Part shown: positions 19,815-30,151 of the stretch, in pieces
Layout of the letters: each line of letters opens with the position of its first letter
How positions within the stretch are numbered: the first letter of the stretch is position 1
DNA from: Thermoplasmata archaeon
GTDB lineage: Archaea > Thermoplasmatota > Thermoplasmata > Lutacidiplasmatales > UBA184
Length of the DNA: 64,000 bases
Assembly: GCA_022750335.1 (NCBI GenBank)
Contig: JAKIVX010000006.1
Coordinates: 12,976 to 76,975 of the forward strand
Reading direction: 5' to 3'
Translations under genes and position numbers: made by a program
The notes under the pieces: generated by a model
Told to the model about the DNA's origin: nothing
The model's input: only the letters and a program-made list of their open reading frames with translations
Database searches by the model: none

Positions 19815-20573
19815 ATGGGATTTACGCCGTTTGTTGATGACCTGGGTTTTGTCGTCGCACTGATTCTCGCCGGAGCAACGGTCCTGGCCTACACCTCGAT
19901 CCGTAGCTTCATGAGCCTGCTCCGGAACGACCCGGTCCAGCTCCGGGCGACCCTGAAAGCCTCCGCAGTACCGGCGGGCATTATCGGAATCATATCCCTC
20001 GCCCTTGGGCTATTCACCGAGTTCACTTGGCCGTTCCTACTCTCGGACGGGCTCGGGTCCTACGACATCTTCTTTGGAGACATGATCACGCTCTTCGGGA
20101 TGGTCATGCTCGTCTACGCGATCGTGGCATTCTATGGACTCAAGCTCGAGTACGCGGGCTTGTTCGGGTTTGTCGGGGGGGTCATCACCGCGTGGTATGG
20201 GTACTGGGGGTACACGACCTTGGTAGCGCCTGGTGTGTTGGGACTTACCAAGGACCCGCTCGAGACTTTCCTTCTCTACGGCGCGTTTGGAGCCGCGGGA
20301 GTTTTCTCCCTCCCGGCCGCGTTGATCGTGGATTGGTACCTCGACCACCCGGGACCCACCTTTGCGAAGGTCTCCATGAGCCTGCGCCCCGCTTCGGAAA
20401 TGGCCGCGGACAGCCAGAAGAACGCGGAGGGATCGGTAAAGGCCCGGTACCACCTGCCCTACTACGTGTACCTGCTAGCCATGTGGTTCCCCATCTTCAT
20501 GACGCTGGCGGCGATCGCAGCGTGGTTCTACATCGGAGACATTCTGCCGTCCCACCTCACCAGTCCCCCCTGA
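19815..20573 (+). CDS. DUF981 family membrane protein
   Basis: FVDDL N-terminus, FTWP, SYDIFFGD, LTKDPL; family typical of Thermoplasmata/Sulfolobales. Confidence 0.8.
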   Translation: MGFTPFVDDLGFVVALILAGATVLAYTSIRSFMSLLRNDPVQLRATLKASAVPAGIIGIISLALGLFTEFTWPFLLSDGLGSYDIFFGDMITLFGMVMLVYAIVAFYGLKLEYAGLFGFVGGVITAWYGYWGYTTLVAPGVLGLTKDPLETFLLYGAFGAAGVFSLPAALIVDWYLDHPGPTFAKVSMSLRPASEMAADSQKNAEGSVKARYHLPYYVYLLAMWFPIFMTLAAIAAWFYIGDILPSHLTSPP

Positions 20574-21022
20574 GGGACTGGGCCCCCTCCGGTTCGGCGT
20601 CGCCCGGAGGGGGTAGCCACTCCCGGCTAATCGCGGCTTCCGATCCTACCCACGCGTGGAAAGTCAGAACGGGTTGCCGACGACGCCAGAGGGCTCCTGG
20701 CCCGTGCGGCGATTGTGGCCATCTAACTTTTCCTGCGCCACCGTGGGAGTACGGGACGGGTCGAGAGGCCGAGCCGGCCCGGTTTCGGCTTGGGTGGGTG
20801 CGAGGCGCATTGCACCCACCTGGCGAACCTCCCGACCTGAGTCCAAACCCATCGAGGTTCCTCCCGAGCCTGGGGTGCTCATCGTACGGCACATGCTGAA
20901 GTAACGGAGGGCGAAGTTCTGAGTGAGAACTTTGGCTTGGAGACGGGAATCGAGCGCACCTCTCGGACCACGCCGTCGCCGTTTTCTACTGACCCCGTTT
21001 CACTTGGAAGTCGGAGCACGAA

Positions 21023-21415
21023 ATGCCCCCGGATTCTCCACAGCCGTTCGCGCCCCCACCGGACATTATCATCGTGACCACCCCGTTCGTATCGGGATAC
21101 CGTGTGACTCGGGTGATCGGCGCGACTTTTGGGCTAATTGTCAGATCCCGTGGACTGGGGCAGAACATCTGGGCCTTTTTCCGAGCGTGGGGAGGGGGAG
21201 AGATCAAGGTGTACACCCAGCTCCTCGAGCAAGTGCGTCATCAAGCGATCGAACGACTCGCTGCGCATGCGAAGAGTCTGGGAGCGAACGCAGTGGTAGC
21301 GGTGGGATTCGATACTTCGGAGATGGGCCAATCGATGACCGAGGTTCTGGCGTACGGGACGGCCGTGGTCGTGGAGGTGGACGCCTCGCCCGCCCAGGCC
21401 GTAGCGCTCCGTTGA
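21023..21415 (+). CDS. YbjQ/UPF0145 family protein
   Basis: IVTTP, GLIVRSR, GGEI, LGANAVV, EVLAYGTAV. Confidence 0.92.
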   Translation: MPPDSPQPFAPPPDIIIVTTPFVSGYRVTRVIGATFGLIVRSRGLGQNIWAFFRAWGGGEIKVYTQLLEQVRHQAIERLAAHAKSLGANAVVAVGFDTSEMGQSMTEVLAYGTAVVVEVDASPAQAVALR

Positions 21416-21587
21416 GGAGGGCCACGGGCCCTCTTTGGGGCTCCGGTGGGCGCGGCCTCTCGAAGAGGTGCGCTAGACTCGCGAGGGATGCGGTGGGGTC
21501 CCCCTCTTGTGTTGAGTCGTTGATTCTGGTGGGACCAGTGGCCATGGCATCGAGGGCCAGGTTCTCACGCGATGTCGGCCCGAGCTC

Positions 21588-22211
21588 CTACTTTACAGAA
21601 ACTCCCACGTTTCGAAGGAGACGTAGGTACTCGGACTTCTTGACCCAAGGCACCTCGAGATACTTTCGGAGGTACGTGTCGGGGATGCCCAGCCTGCGAG
21701 CCTCCGCCACCGAATAGGAATACGCCTCGACCTCCGTGGGGCGATCGACGTAGGAAACTTTGGGTCCAAGCCAGAGGGCCCGTCCCTGCCTCCGTTGGAG
21801 GATGTGCAGGAACTCGTGGATGATATCGAGATAGACGTCCATCTGGGGGCTGTTCGCGAGGTGACTGCGCGCGACCACAATCACGTCTTCCCGACTCTCA
21901 ACCATTCGGAAGCCTGCCGCCGCGACCTCCGGGGGGGTCTTGATAGGCGCCACGTACATCCAGCCCGGCCCGTCCATTACGTGGGCCCACGTGTGCTGGG
22001 CGATGTTCAGAATCGCTTTGTCGTCCCCGGGATACTTACGGAACGGGACCGTGCGCTGCAGGCCCCTGAACACTTCTAGGAGGGGGAGGCGACCCGGCAG
22101 AGTATCCCTTGCTGGACGGAACTCCGTCGGGACCTCGTATTTTTCCTTCCGGCGACCGGCGGCCACGGTGGGAATTGTCAAACGCGTTCCACCCGATCTT
22201 GAACCGCTCAA
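21588..22211 (-). CDS. Hypothetical zincin-like metallopeptidase
   Basis: IIHEFLHILQ (HExxH) plus downstream EVEAY; start uncertain. Confidence 0.65.
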   Translation of the reverse strand: MSGSRSGGTRLTIPTVAAGRRKEKYEVPTEFRPARDTLPGRLPLLEVFRGLQRTVPFRKYPGDDKAILNIAQHTWAHVMDGPGWMYVAPIKTPPEVAAAGFRMVESREDVIVVARSHLANSPQMDVYLDIIHEFLHILQRRQGRALWLGPKVSYVDRPTEVEAYSYSVAEARRLGIPDTYLRKYLEVPWVKKSEYLRLLRNVGVSVK

Positions 22212-22452
22212 CGACTCTCCACTCCCGGTCCGCGCACTTCGAACCTAGTCGCAGTAGAACTAGCGGGCAGGATGAGGCTTGCCATGACTGCGACGTTGGG
22301 ACCTGGGGCAATCACTCAAACATCGGATCGTCCGGCGGGGCGAGTAGGGTCGCTCGTGTGGGTGATTTCTGGACGGTGGCCATCCGCACTTAACGGGTCA
22401 TCGCGCGTAATCCGACCCTCCGCGGAAAACGACACTGCGCCTCCTCAGTTCG

Positions 22453-22878
22453 TCACGGCCTAAGCGACAATCCGATCTGAATCGCCGCCCCCAGATCGTC
22501 ACGGCTCGCCCAATGCTCTGTGAGCTGCCCGTTGAGGACCTTGAACATGTGGAGGTGTTGCACCTGGTAATCCCGTCCCGAGGGATTAACGTTCGTAAAG
22601 ATTCCACTGTTGACTGGAATCACCGGCGCGCCGGCATGGACTCCTGAACAGGTCGTTCGGACCGCAACCCAGTCTCCCTCCGCGATCAGTTCGTGCAGAA
22701 TGTGCCGTTCCTGGAGTGTTCGGAGACTTTCATAAACCTTCGAGAGGCCCGCGTGGTCCACTTTCCTCCCATGGTTGAGCGCCTCTTTTGCCCACAGCGC
22801 CGTCGCGCCGTCGATGTTCCCCTCGTTTAGGTATTCGAACTGCCGGCGTACGACGTCTTTGTTCTCTTCGGCGCCCAC
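22453..22878 (-). CDS. SnoaL-like ester cyclase (NTF2 fold)
   Basis: EENKDVVRR, LIAEGDWVAVR, HMFKV..GQLTEHW..RDDLG. Confidence 0.88.
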   Translation of the reverse strand: MGAEENKDVVRRQFEYLNEGNIDGATALWAKEALNHGRKVDHAGLSKVYESLRTLQERHILHELIAEGDWVAVRTTCSGVHAGAPVIPVNSGIFTNVNPSGRDYQVQHLHMFKVLNGQLTEHWASRDDLGAAIQIGLSLRP

Positions 22879-23054
22879 ATGATCACCGAGACTAGAGGTC
22901 CTGAAGAGCCTTGGGTCGACCTAAGGGCCACTCCTCGGAGCTCCGTGCGGTCCCCACTGCACTGACGATAACAAGCGGTGATTTTGGACGATCGTGCGAT
23001 GGTCGGCCACCTCTTGACCCGGAAGTGGCGATAGAGATGTCATTATAGACACGT

Positions 23055-23071
23055 CCCATAATCACTATGGG
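23055..23071. promoter_or_regulatory. Palindromic operator upstream of putative antitoxin
   Basis: CCCATA-ATCAC-TATGGG just downstream of TATA-like TTATAG (23043-23048). Confidence 0.55.
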
Positions 23072-23079
23072 CTGATTCC

Positions 23080-23292
23080 ATGAGCGCAACCAGTATTTCG
23101 GTTTCGCAGGAAACTCGGAAACTCTTGGAGTCTCTGAAGACGGGGGGCGAGACCTACGACGACGTGATCCGCGGACTCATTGTCTCACAGCCGAACCGAC
23201 TTACAATGGCCGAGCTCTCTCGCAGAATTCGAACAGGGCAGCGGCATCCGATCGAAGATTTGATTGCAAAGAGCCGGCGTCAGGACTACTGA
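23080..23292 (+). CDS. Putative RHH-type antitoxin
   Basis: TSISVSQETRKLLESLK..GETYDDVIRGLI archaeal ribbon-helix-helix pattern; 70 aa. Confidence 0.75.
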   Translation: MSATSISVSQETRKLLESLKTGGETYDDVIRGLIVSQPNRLTMAELSRRIRTGQRHPIEDLIAKSRRQDY

Positions 23293-23299
23293 GAGGGCC

Positions 23300-23632
23300 G
23301 TGCCCTTCCGGATTGAGTCTATCGATGATGCCGACGGAGAATTCCTCGGCCTTCCGCCGCCCGTCCGGGAGGTCTTCATTTCGGCATTCCGTGAGCTCGC
23401 GGTCGCCGAGAAACCAGTTCTGAAAGGACCAGGGTGGTACACCGAAGAGCTGCGCCAGAATCAGAGGATCGCCCCCGAGGGCCTGTTCTCGCTGCATGTT
23501 GGGGAGCTTTGGCGCGGGGCGTTCTATCGGGATGGAGACTGCCTAGTATTCCTCGGCTTCGGTTACCGAATTCCAGAATTCTACGCTAAGCTCGCGCGTC
23601 TGCGCAAGGCAGTGGGGAATTCCCCGGAGTGA
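23300..23632 (+). CDS. Putative RelE/ParE-like toxin
   Basis: About 110 aa directly after the antitoxin; F.I....A..EF..LP, FSLHVGELWRGAFY strand pattern. Confidence 0.6.
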   Translation: MPFRIESIDDADGEFLGLPPPVREVFISAFRELAVAEKPVLKGPGWYTEELRQNQRIAPEGLFSLHVGELWRGAFYRDGDCLVFLGFGYRIPEFYAKLARLRKAVGNSPE

Positions 23633-24078
23633 TTGTTCCTTTCCTGAGGGACGGTTGGAGTCTCGTTTGCACCCGCCCTTCGGACGGTGCGTTCCAACCT
23701 CTTGTCAATGGCCCTCAAGGCACGTTCATCTCCTTCCCCATTCAGGAGTTCCGAGTGTCCACTACGGAGAAAATCAGCGTCGGAAAGCCGGCGATCGGAC
23801 GGCCTCGGAACGGACGTTGACCGGGACGACTCTTGGTGCAGGCGAACTGTGTGTCCGAGGTTACGATCTCAGGAAATCCCAAGATGGCTTGGTGGTCCGG
23901 AAGGATCCCCTGGAAAATCATCGACCAGATTCGGTGACCGCGAAGGGTTCCAGACTGCGTACGCCGACGAAGGGGAATACTCGACCCGGGGAGATGTTAG
24001 AGACCGTCGGGCACCGCACCCATCTCCAAATCGAAAAGATTACTTGGGTTCGGTTGTGTCCGCCCACAGGGTGATCGA

Positions 24079-24915
24079 ATGCCTTGGAAGTACTCTGAGG
24101 AGTATTACCGAGAGTACACTCGTTCCACGTGGAACGAGAGTGCGGGGGACTATTCGGCGCTCATGCGCCGGTTCGAAGGGGTACGCACCGACCTGGTCGG
24201 ACTCCTCTTCCCGCTCCCGGGCGAGCGGGTCCTCGACCTCGGCACCGGACCGGGCGAGCCCGCCCTGACCGTCGCTGAAAAGGTGGGACCGACCGGTCGA
24301 GTGACCGGGGTGGACCTATCGGAAAACATGATCGCACTGGCGGCTCAATCTGCTCGCCAACGGAATATCGGAAACGCCGATTTCCGGACGATGGACTGCG
24401 CTTCCCTCGACTTTCCCGATGCGTCGTTCGACGGAGCGTTAAGTAGCTTCGGATTTCAAATCTTCACGGACCCGGAGAGTGCGGCAAAAGAAACCCACCG
24501 CGTTCTGCGACCCAACGGGCGTATCGCCGTGTGTGTTTGGAGCACGGGCAACAAAACCCCCTTCCTCGACGTGATCATCGGACCGATGTTGGAGGGCGCC
24601 GAACCGGATGAGACCGGCTATCTGCCCACTCCGTACGAAACGGGTGGGCCGGGAGAGATGGTCACTTTCCTAGAGTCGGCCGGATTCCATGAGGCCCATG
24701 AGGAACGCCGCACCTACGCGATGTCGTTTCGAGACCCCGACGAATACCTGAAAACCCTACTCAAGGGAACGCCCATCGGCCACTCGCTGTCCGAGGAATC
24801 GGAAGCGGTGCAAGCTGAAATCCTAACAAGAACTCGAGCAAATCTCGCACCATGGACCACCTCCGGGGGGATCAGTATCCCTGCCGAAGTGGTGTTCGTT
24901 CGCGCACGGGCATGA
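24079..24915 (+). CDS. UbiE-like SAM-dependent methyltransferase
   Basis: GERVLDLGTGPG, GVDLSENM, FPDASFD, RVLRPNGR. Confidence 0.9.
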   Translation: MPWKYSEEYYREYTRSTWNESAGDYSALMRRFEGVRTDLVGLLFPLPGERVLDLGTGPGEPALTVAEKVGPTGRVTGVDLSENMIALAAQSARQRNIGNADFRTMDCASLDFPDASFDGALSSFGFQIFTDPESAAKETHRVLRPNGRIAVCVWSTGNKTPFLDVIIGPMLEGAEPDETGYLPTPYETGGPGEMVTFLESAGFHEAHEERRTYAMSFRDPDEYLKTLLKGTPIGHSLSEESEAVQAEILTRTRANLAPWTTSGGISIPAEVVFVRARA

Positions 24916-25128
24916 CCTTCGGAAGCTTTGGATGAACGGGCCGCCCTGGCGTGAGGTACAGGCGAAGGGGGGTCCGGGGGTTCTCCGAGTGGAGGGGCTG
25001 TATCCCTCGCGCGTCCCACGGCGTTTTCCCTCAAATCCAACGTCAACCGGCCCCGCGTTGGATGAAAACTAGTCGGCCGGAGAAACGCGCTTCGCCCTCC
25101 CCGCCGAGAACGGTTCGAGTAGTGCCGA

Positions 25129-25866
25129 TCAAGTCTTAGCCGGCGTGGGATGGTCGAAGTGGATGTAGGCGACTATGACGGTCGCCAACACGGTCGTGGC
25201 GACGACGAACGGAGGGACGACGCGGACAGTGATCATGAGGAACGCGCCGATCGCTGCACCCGAGAACAGGGCGAATATGGCCCAAATCGCCCTCCGCTGA
25301 GTGGACCCGGAAATCCCCAAGGCCGGGAGGTCGACCATGAAACCGGTCAGCGCCGTGGTGACCACGGTTGTGGTCAGGCCTGGTACAGCCAGGTGCCGCG
25401 CGGCCGCGTTCTGCATTCCCATTCCGAACGAACTCAGGCCGATGAGTACGTAGAGGGCGCCCCCTCCCGGTTCTCCCCCCACGGCGACCCAAACGACCGC
25501 GAAGGCAACCATGAAGACAGCCTCTCCCAGTATGACCCGGGTCGCCCTGCGAGGCCACGTTCCAGTCGGTCGGGGTCCTGCGAAAACTCTCCCCGCGATG
25601 AGTGCCCCGATGCAGAAACCGAGGAGGGCGCCCCCAGAATGGAGGGCCGTGGGCAGGTTGCGTTCCCCGACGGCCAGAGCGAGGAAGACGATATTGCCCG
25701 TCATGTTGGCGGTAAAGATCTGCCCGAGACCGAGGTAGCTGACGGCATCCACCATCCCGGCGGCAAAAGTGAGCCCGATCAGAAGCGTCTCTCGACGGCG
25801 TTCGCCGGGGTCCCGAGAAGGGGACACGGGAGGTGCTGGCCGTGGTTCCCCTTCGGTTCCACCCAT
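25129..25866 (-). CDS. YoaK/DUF1275 family membrane protein
   Basis: AGMVDAVSYLGL, FTANMTGN, MGMQNA, TTTVVT. Confidence 0.9.
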   Translation of the reverse strand: MGGTEGEPRPAPPVSPSRDPGERRRETLLIGLTFAAGMVDAVSYLGLGQIFTANMTGNIVFLALAVGERNLPTALHSGGALLGFCIGALIAGRVFAGPRPTGTWPRRATRVILGEAVFMVAFAVVWVAVGGEPGGGALYVLIGLSSFGMGMQNAAARHLAVPGLTTTVVTTALTGFMVDLPALGISGSTQRRAIWAIFALFSGAAIGAFLMITVRVVPPFVVATTVLATVIVAYIHFDHPTPAKT

Positions 25867-26062
25867 CTCCGCCCGCCACCACAGGCTCCAACCCTCATCA
25901 ACATCGCGACTGCCGGACGACGCTTTGCTTCGAACCGGCAAAGAAACAGTTCAGATGGGAGTGAATGGACGTTGCCGGACAGGAGCGGCCCTGGGACGAC
26001 CCAAGCCTTCATCGAATCGGGTGACTTGGGAGACGACAGAGAATCCGCGGAAAGGGTGGGCG

Positions 26063-26662
26063 ATGCGACATTCCGAGCGATCCGATCCGGACAGCTATGG
26101 CGACACGGTACTTCGAAGGGTGCACTGGACGGAGGAGCTGGGGACTGTTCGCCAGCTTTTCCAAGATTATCGGGATTGGCTCGCGGACCACCGCGAGACG
26201 GCCGCCTCTTCCGAATCGGTCGTGCCGGTCGGACTCGCCCGTCTCGACCAGCAGATCGCGGAGCTCCCGGGAGTCTATGGGCCACCTCGCGGAGCGATCA
26301 TCCTCGCCTTCAAGGGGGACGCGCTGGTGGCGTGCGGCGCGCTGCGCGAGCTGGATCCGAAGATTGGAGAGATCAAGCGTATCTATGTCCGGGCCGATCA
26401 CCGAGGGAGCGGGTTCGGGCCGCGCCTCACCCGCGCCCTCCTTGACCGAGCACGTGCGCTGAGGTACGAGCGAGTCCGCGTCGATACGCTGCCGACGATG
26501 GCCGCGGCGATCGAGTTCTACCAAGCGATGGGGTTCAAGCCCATACCCCCCTACTGGCCCCACCCGGTTCCGGGGGCTCTCTTTTTCGAGTACCAGGTCG
26601 CTAGATTGGGGGCGGCACGATCAAAATCTCGAGCTCCAACGCCGAAGCGGACCGGAAAGTAA
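26063..26662 (+). CDS. GNAT family N-acetyltransferase
   Basis: LPGVYGPP, EIKRIYV..HRGSGFG, DTLPTMAAAIEFY..MGF. Confidence 0.9.
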   Translation: MRHSERSDPDSYGDTVLRRVHWTEELGTVRQLFQDYRDWLADHRETAASSESVVPVGLARLDQQIAELPGVYGPPRGAIILAFKGDALVACGALRELDPKIGEIKRIYVRADHRGSGFGPRLTRALLDRARALRYERVRVDTLPTMAAAIEFYQAMGFKPIPPYWPHPVPGALFFEYQVARLGAARSKSRAPTPKRTGK

Positions 26663-26764
26663 CTACGCCCTAGAATGTGCGGGATGCGTCGCCAAGCTCC
26701 CCGGACATCCTGACCCGAGATCCATTTGGAACCCCCTCGACTCGGCGGTCCGGGGAGCGCCCGC

Positions 26765-27298
26765 TCACTCCAGGTCCAGCTCGGCCTCACGACGAAGCAG
26801 CGAAGCGGATTCTTCGCGGTTCGCCTCTTCGATATTTGCCTCCGCGCCCAGTTTCTTTCGATCAATCTGCTGGACGAGTCCGAAGAGCCACTCGAACTCG
26901 TGCATGATCAGCGGGTCTTTGAGCGCCGTGCGCGCCCGCCCGATCACATCGACTGGGTTGCGAAGCGCCGTGTAGTACCCGCTGATCCACGTGCCGAACG
27001 CTTCCCACACCAGCTCGCGGTTCAGGACGCGCGTATGAGTGAGAGAGCCGATCAGCTCGAAGAACGCCCCTACCTCGAGATTGGTGACATCTTCGTGCCG
27101 CCCAGCGAGGAGTCGTTGCGCCAACAACTTGCGGCGCCGTCGGTACGCGGGAGAGTCGAACCGCTCACGAAGCGTCAGCACAGCGTTGGCGCTGTTTAGA
27201 TGCTGGGTGACTCGAGTTTGCCACCAGAGCAACACGACCGTACCGATAGCCACGGCCCAGGCGGCTGCGGCGGTGATGGTGGTGATGTCAATCCCCAT
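26765..27298 (-). CDS. DUF4760-like protein with N-terminal TM helix
   Basis: TM anchor, FDSP..RR, FFELIG, EFEWL. Confidence 0.6.
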   Translation of the reverse strand: MGIDITTITAAAAWAVAIGTVVLLWWQTRVTQHLNSANAVLTLRERFDSPAYRRRRKLLAQRLLAGRHEDVTNLEVGAFFELIGSLTHTRVLNRELVWEAFGTWISGYYTALRNPVDVIGRARTALKDPLIMHEFEWLFGLVQQIDRKKLGAEANIEEANREESASLLRREAELDLE

Positions 27299-27517
27299 GG
27301 AGCCCGGGGAGAATTGCACTCGTCTCGGGCTATAACTCGTCGGACCGGTGACGAAGCGGGGAGAGGGGATGGAATGGCCAACATTTGTTGAGGGCAGCGT
27401 ATCCTCGGGTTGCGCGTCGATGGTCTACCCTTCTCTTTGTCGTCCTGGAACGAGTGGTGGAAGGTGGAGCACACCCATTCTTAGTGAGGGCAACTCTAGC
27501 CCGATGTCGAAGGACCC

Positions 27518-27895
27518 ATGAATTTGAATCAAGTGACGGTTCCAAGTGCAGACGTGGCGGCATCGGTCGAGTTCTACCGGCGGTTAGGGCTGAGGCAGAT
27601 CGTCGAGACCTCTAAGGACTACGCTCGATTCGAGTGCCCTGACGGAGATTCGACCTTCTCGGTCCATAGGGTGGACCGAGTTCGCGAAGGGTCAGGGGCC
27701 GTGGTGTACTTCGAGTGCGAAGAACTGGACCAGACGGTTCGAGACTTGAAAACCCGTGGGATTCTGTTTGACTCAGACCCAGAAGACCAACGTTGGTTGT
27801 GGCGAGAGGCTCGACTTCACGACCCAGATGGAAACATCCTCTGCCTGTATCACGCCGGGTCGAACCGGCGTCATCCTCCGTGGCGGATACCCTGA
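27518..27895 (+). CDS. VOC/glyoxalase family protein
   Basis: MNLNQVT, SVEFYRRLGL, YFECE, WLWREARLHDPDGN. Confidence 0.92.
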   Translation: MNLNQVTVPSADVAASVEFYRRLGLRQIVETSKDYARFECPDGDSTFSVHRVDRVREGSGAVVYFECEELDQTVRDLKTRGILFDSDPEDQRWLWREARLHDPDGNILCLYHAGSNRRHPPWRIP

Positions 27896-28378
27896 GACAC
27901 CGGGCTCTCCCGATCATTTCTGTTGGGCCTGATTTTTTCGTGGACGTTCCGTTCCTGTGTGGGAATCCTCCCTCCTACGACGGGCGCGAAGACCTTGCAG
28001 GCTCCCGAGTGTCCCGGTTGAACTTCGGCGTCCATGAGGACCGGTAGGTCGTTCCGCCGGCGCGTACGACGGTTCCATCCGGACGCCTCAACCTCGGTCT
28101 CGCTGGGAGAGTTGAGAGTTCTGGACCGGCCCTCAGAAGGACCGCCAGTAACGCTCAGACGGCAGCGCTCACTCAGGCGGTCAGGGGTTCGCCGGGAGGC
28201 GACTCTGAAACGGGCCCCAGGACGGCCGCGCCTCGTACGGAACCACGGTTTGGGTACGGTGGAGGAGACCCGCCTCGTCGAGAGAAGTTGCATGCCAGCC
28301 AGCACCCAACTCCCACTGGAAAGCGGCACATCTGGAACTTGCGTCCGCCATGATTCTGAGGGCATGCCCCGGGTGGTC

Positions 28379-28777
28379 CTAAGGGAGTCCAACTGCGACG
28401 ACCGGTCCCCAGGCGGTCCCACTGATCTGGACCGTTACAGGACCCGCCGAGTACACGACCGCGGTGTACGGCGCGTCCGAGGCGTAGAACGAGAAGGTTC
28501 CAAACCCGACGCTGTTGTTGAAAGCGACCGTGCCGTCGGCGCTTACGATCACCAAGATCACCACGCCGGCCCCTGAGGTCGACCAGCTTCCCGAAAGCCA
28601 GAGACAATCGATGGAGCTGAGCTGGCCTCGCGATGGGTCGAGCCCGTTGCTCACGATCGTCCGGTTGAACGGCAACGGGACCGGAAGCATTAGGAAAAGG
28701 AGAACGACGATCAGAATCACCACAAGTACCTTCACGTAGGGTCGTTTGGCCTTGTACCGAAGAGGAGTTCTCGGCAT
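28379..28777 (-). CDS. Hypothetical membrane-anchored protein
   Basis: Basic N-terminus, one TM helix, then a beta-rich Ser/Thr/Gly domain. Confidence 0.6.
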   Translation of the reverse strand: MPRTPLRYKAKRPYVKVLVVILIVVLLFLMLPVPLPFNRTIVSNGLDPSRGQLSSIDCLWLSGSWSTSGAGVVILVIVSADGTVAFNNSVGFGTFSFYASDAPYTAVVYSAGPVTVQISGTAWGPVVAVGLP

Positions 28778-29051
28778 GATCACCCCGCTCGTCCGCCCAT
28801 TGACCCGGGGTCACCTAGAGGCTGAGATTCCGGACCGGCCCGAAGGCGCCGTTCCGTTCCACGAGCGCCGATCGCCCATGGCGTACCATCGACCCTCGAA
28901 CTAGATAGTCGTTCGGTTCCTTGGCAGTCCCGGCCTCGAATTCACTGCCAACTCGATCCTTGGTGGAGGGTTTACGTGCTGTCCCTCTCAACGGCTTCTA
29001 AGCGGAACGTAACTCTCTGAAGGGGCGAATGGATTCGACCGCGGCACCGAA

Positions 29052-29549
29052 CTAGCCGCGCTTCGGGGGACCACGGGTCATCATTTGTGCGTAGAATTCC
29101 TTCGCCCGGTTCTCGAGCTCGGCCGGAGGCACGTCCTCGACGTGGGAGGCGATGGACCACTCGTGACCGAACGGGTCACGTACCCGGGCGTGGCGGTCTC
29201 CCCAGAACATGTCCATCGGGGCCGAGAGTGACTTTGCACCCGCGGCCGTCGCAGTACTATACATCGCGTCCACATCGGGAACATAGAGCCAGATGCCTCC
29301 GGGACTACCGTCGAAATGCTTGGGCGAACGGGACCCCATCTCGGGGATCTCGTCCGCCAGCATGAACACCGAATCGCCGATCTGAAATTCCGCGTGAATG
29401 ATCTTGCCTCCCGGCCCAGCGGATCGCATCCGTTCCTTGGCGCCGAACGCTTTCGCGTAGAACTCGAGCGCCTTGGCGGCATCCTCTACGATCAGCGCGG
29501 GGGTCGCCGTGTGGTATCCGTCGGGGACGGATTTCACGTGGTGGGTCAT
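29052..29549 (-). CDS. VOC family protein (PhnB-like)
   Basis: PDGYHT.TP.L, HAEFQIGDS, MFWGDR, DPFGHEW. Confidence 0.92.
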   Translation of the reverse strand: MTHHVKSVPDGYHTATPALIVEDAAKALEFYAKAFGAKERMRSAGPGGKIIHAEFQIGDSVFMLADEIPEMGSRSPKHFDGSPGGIWLYVPDVDAMYSTATAAGAKSLSAPMDMFWGDRHARVRDPFGHEWSIASHVEDVPPAELENRAKEFYAQMMTRGPPKRG

Positions 29550-29684
29550 GGCGGGGAATCCATGCCAAGAGGAGTATCAAGGTTTCTGCCAGGTCATCGA
29601 GCGAATCCCGAGGATCGCCACTTCGGGTTGAAATCGGTAATTGCCTCTCAGACCCAGGAGCGCCGGGGCCTCGCCTCGATCGTG

Positions 29685-29942
29685 TTACGGCGTCCGGGCA
29701 ATTGGGCTTGTTAGCTGAGCGGGGAGATGGACACTGGTCGGGTCAGCTGGGCCGTCTACGGACCGACCCGGCTGCAGTTCGTCCAGCTTTTCCCGGATGG
29801 TGTCGACCCGGCCCGTGATGATTCGGCCCTCGACACAGAGATGCATCCTCGCGATTAGGCACTCCGGGCACACCTCGATGTGAATGTCCCAATCGTCAAC
29901 GGCAGACTGGAGCAGCAATTTCAGTCTCTCGCTCGTCGCCAT
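29685..29942 (-). CDS. Small hypothetical protein with HxxxCxxC..C motif
   Basis: HIEVCPEC..HLC; ATG at 29942. Confidence 0.5.
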   Translation of the reverse strand: MATSERLKLLLQSAVDDWDIHIEVCPECLIARMHLCVEGRIITGRVDTIREKLDELQPGRSVDGPADPTSVHLPAQLTSPIARTP

Positions 29943-30075
29943 CGTTTCGCTCTCGAGGGAGCTCACCGGAATGAGAAGGGCCGGTCCGGAACTAAAAAGC
30001 GCGTGGAGAACGTTCCGGAATTCTGCTTCACGTTAGGAGTAAATACTCCGAAAGTGGCCGCGCTCGGCGTGCGTT

Positions 30076-30151
30076 GGGACTGAGGCCGCGGCTGGGGTCG
30101 GGTTGGGAGAGGCCGGAGACTAGGCACCCAGCCATGGGCCGCTCAAGTCCC
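30076..30151. other. Long imperfect intergenic hairpin
   Basis: Nested complementary segments GGGAC/GTCCC, GAG/CTC, GCC/GGC, GGCTGGG/CCCAGCC, GTC/GAC. Confidence 0.45.

Noticed and set aside
23633-24078. ORFs of 63-193 aa downstream of the TA pair (possible toxin remnant)
   Set aside because: No recognisable motifs in any frame; probably non-coding or decayed sequence
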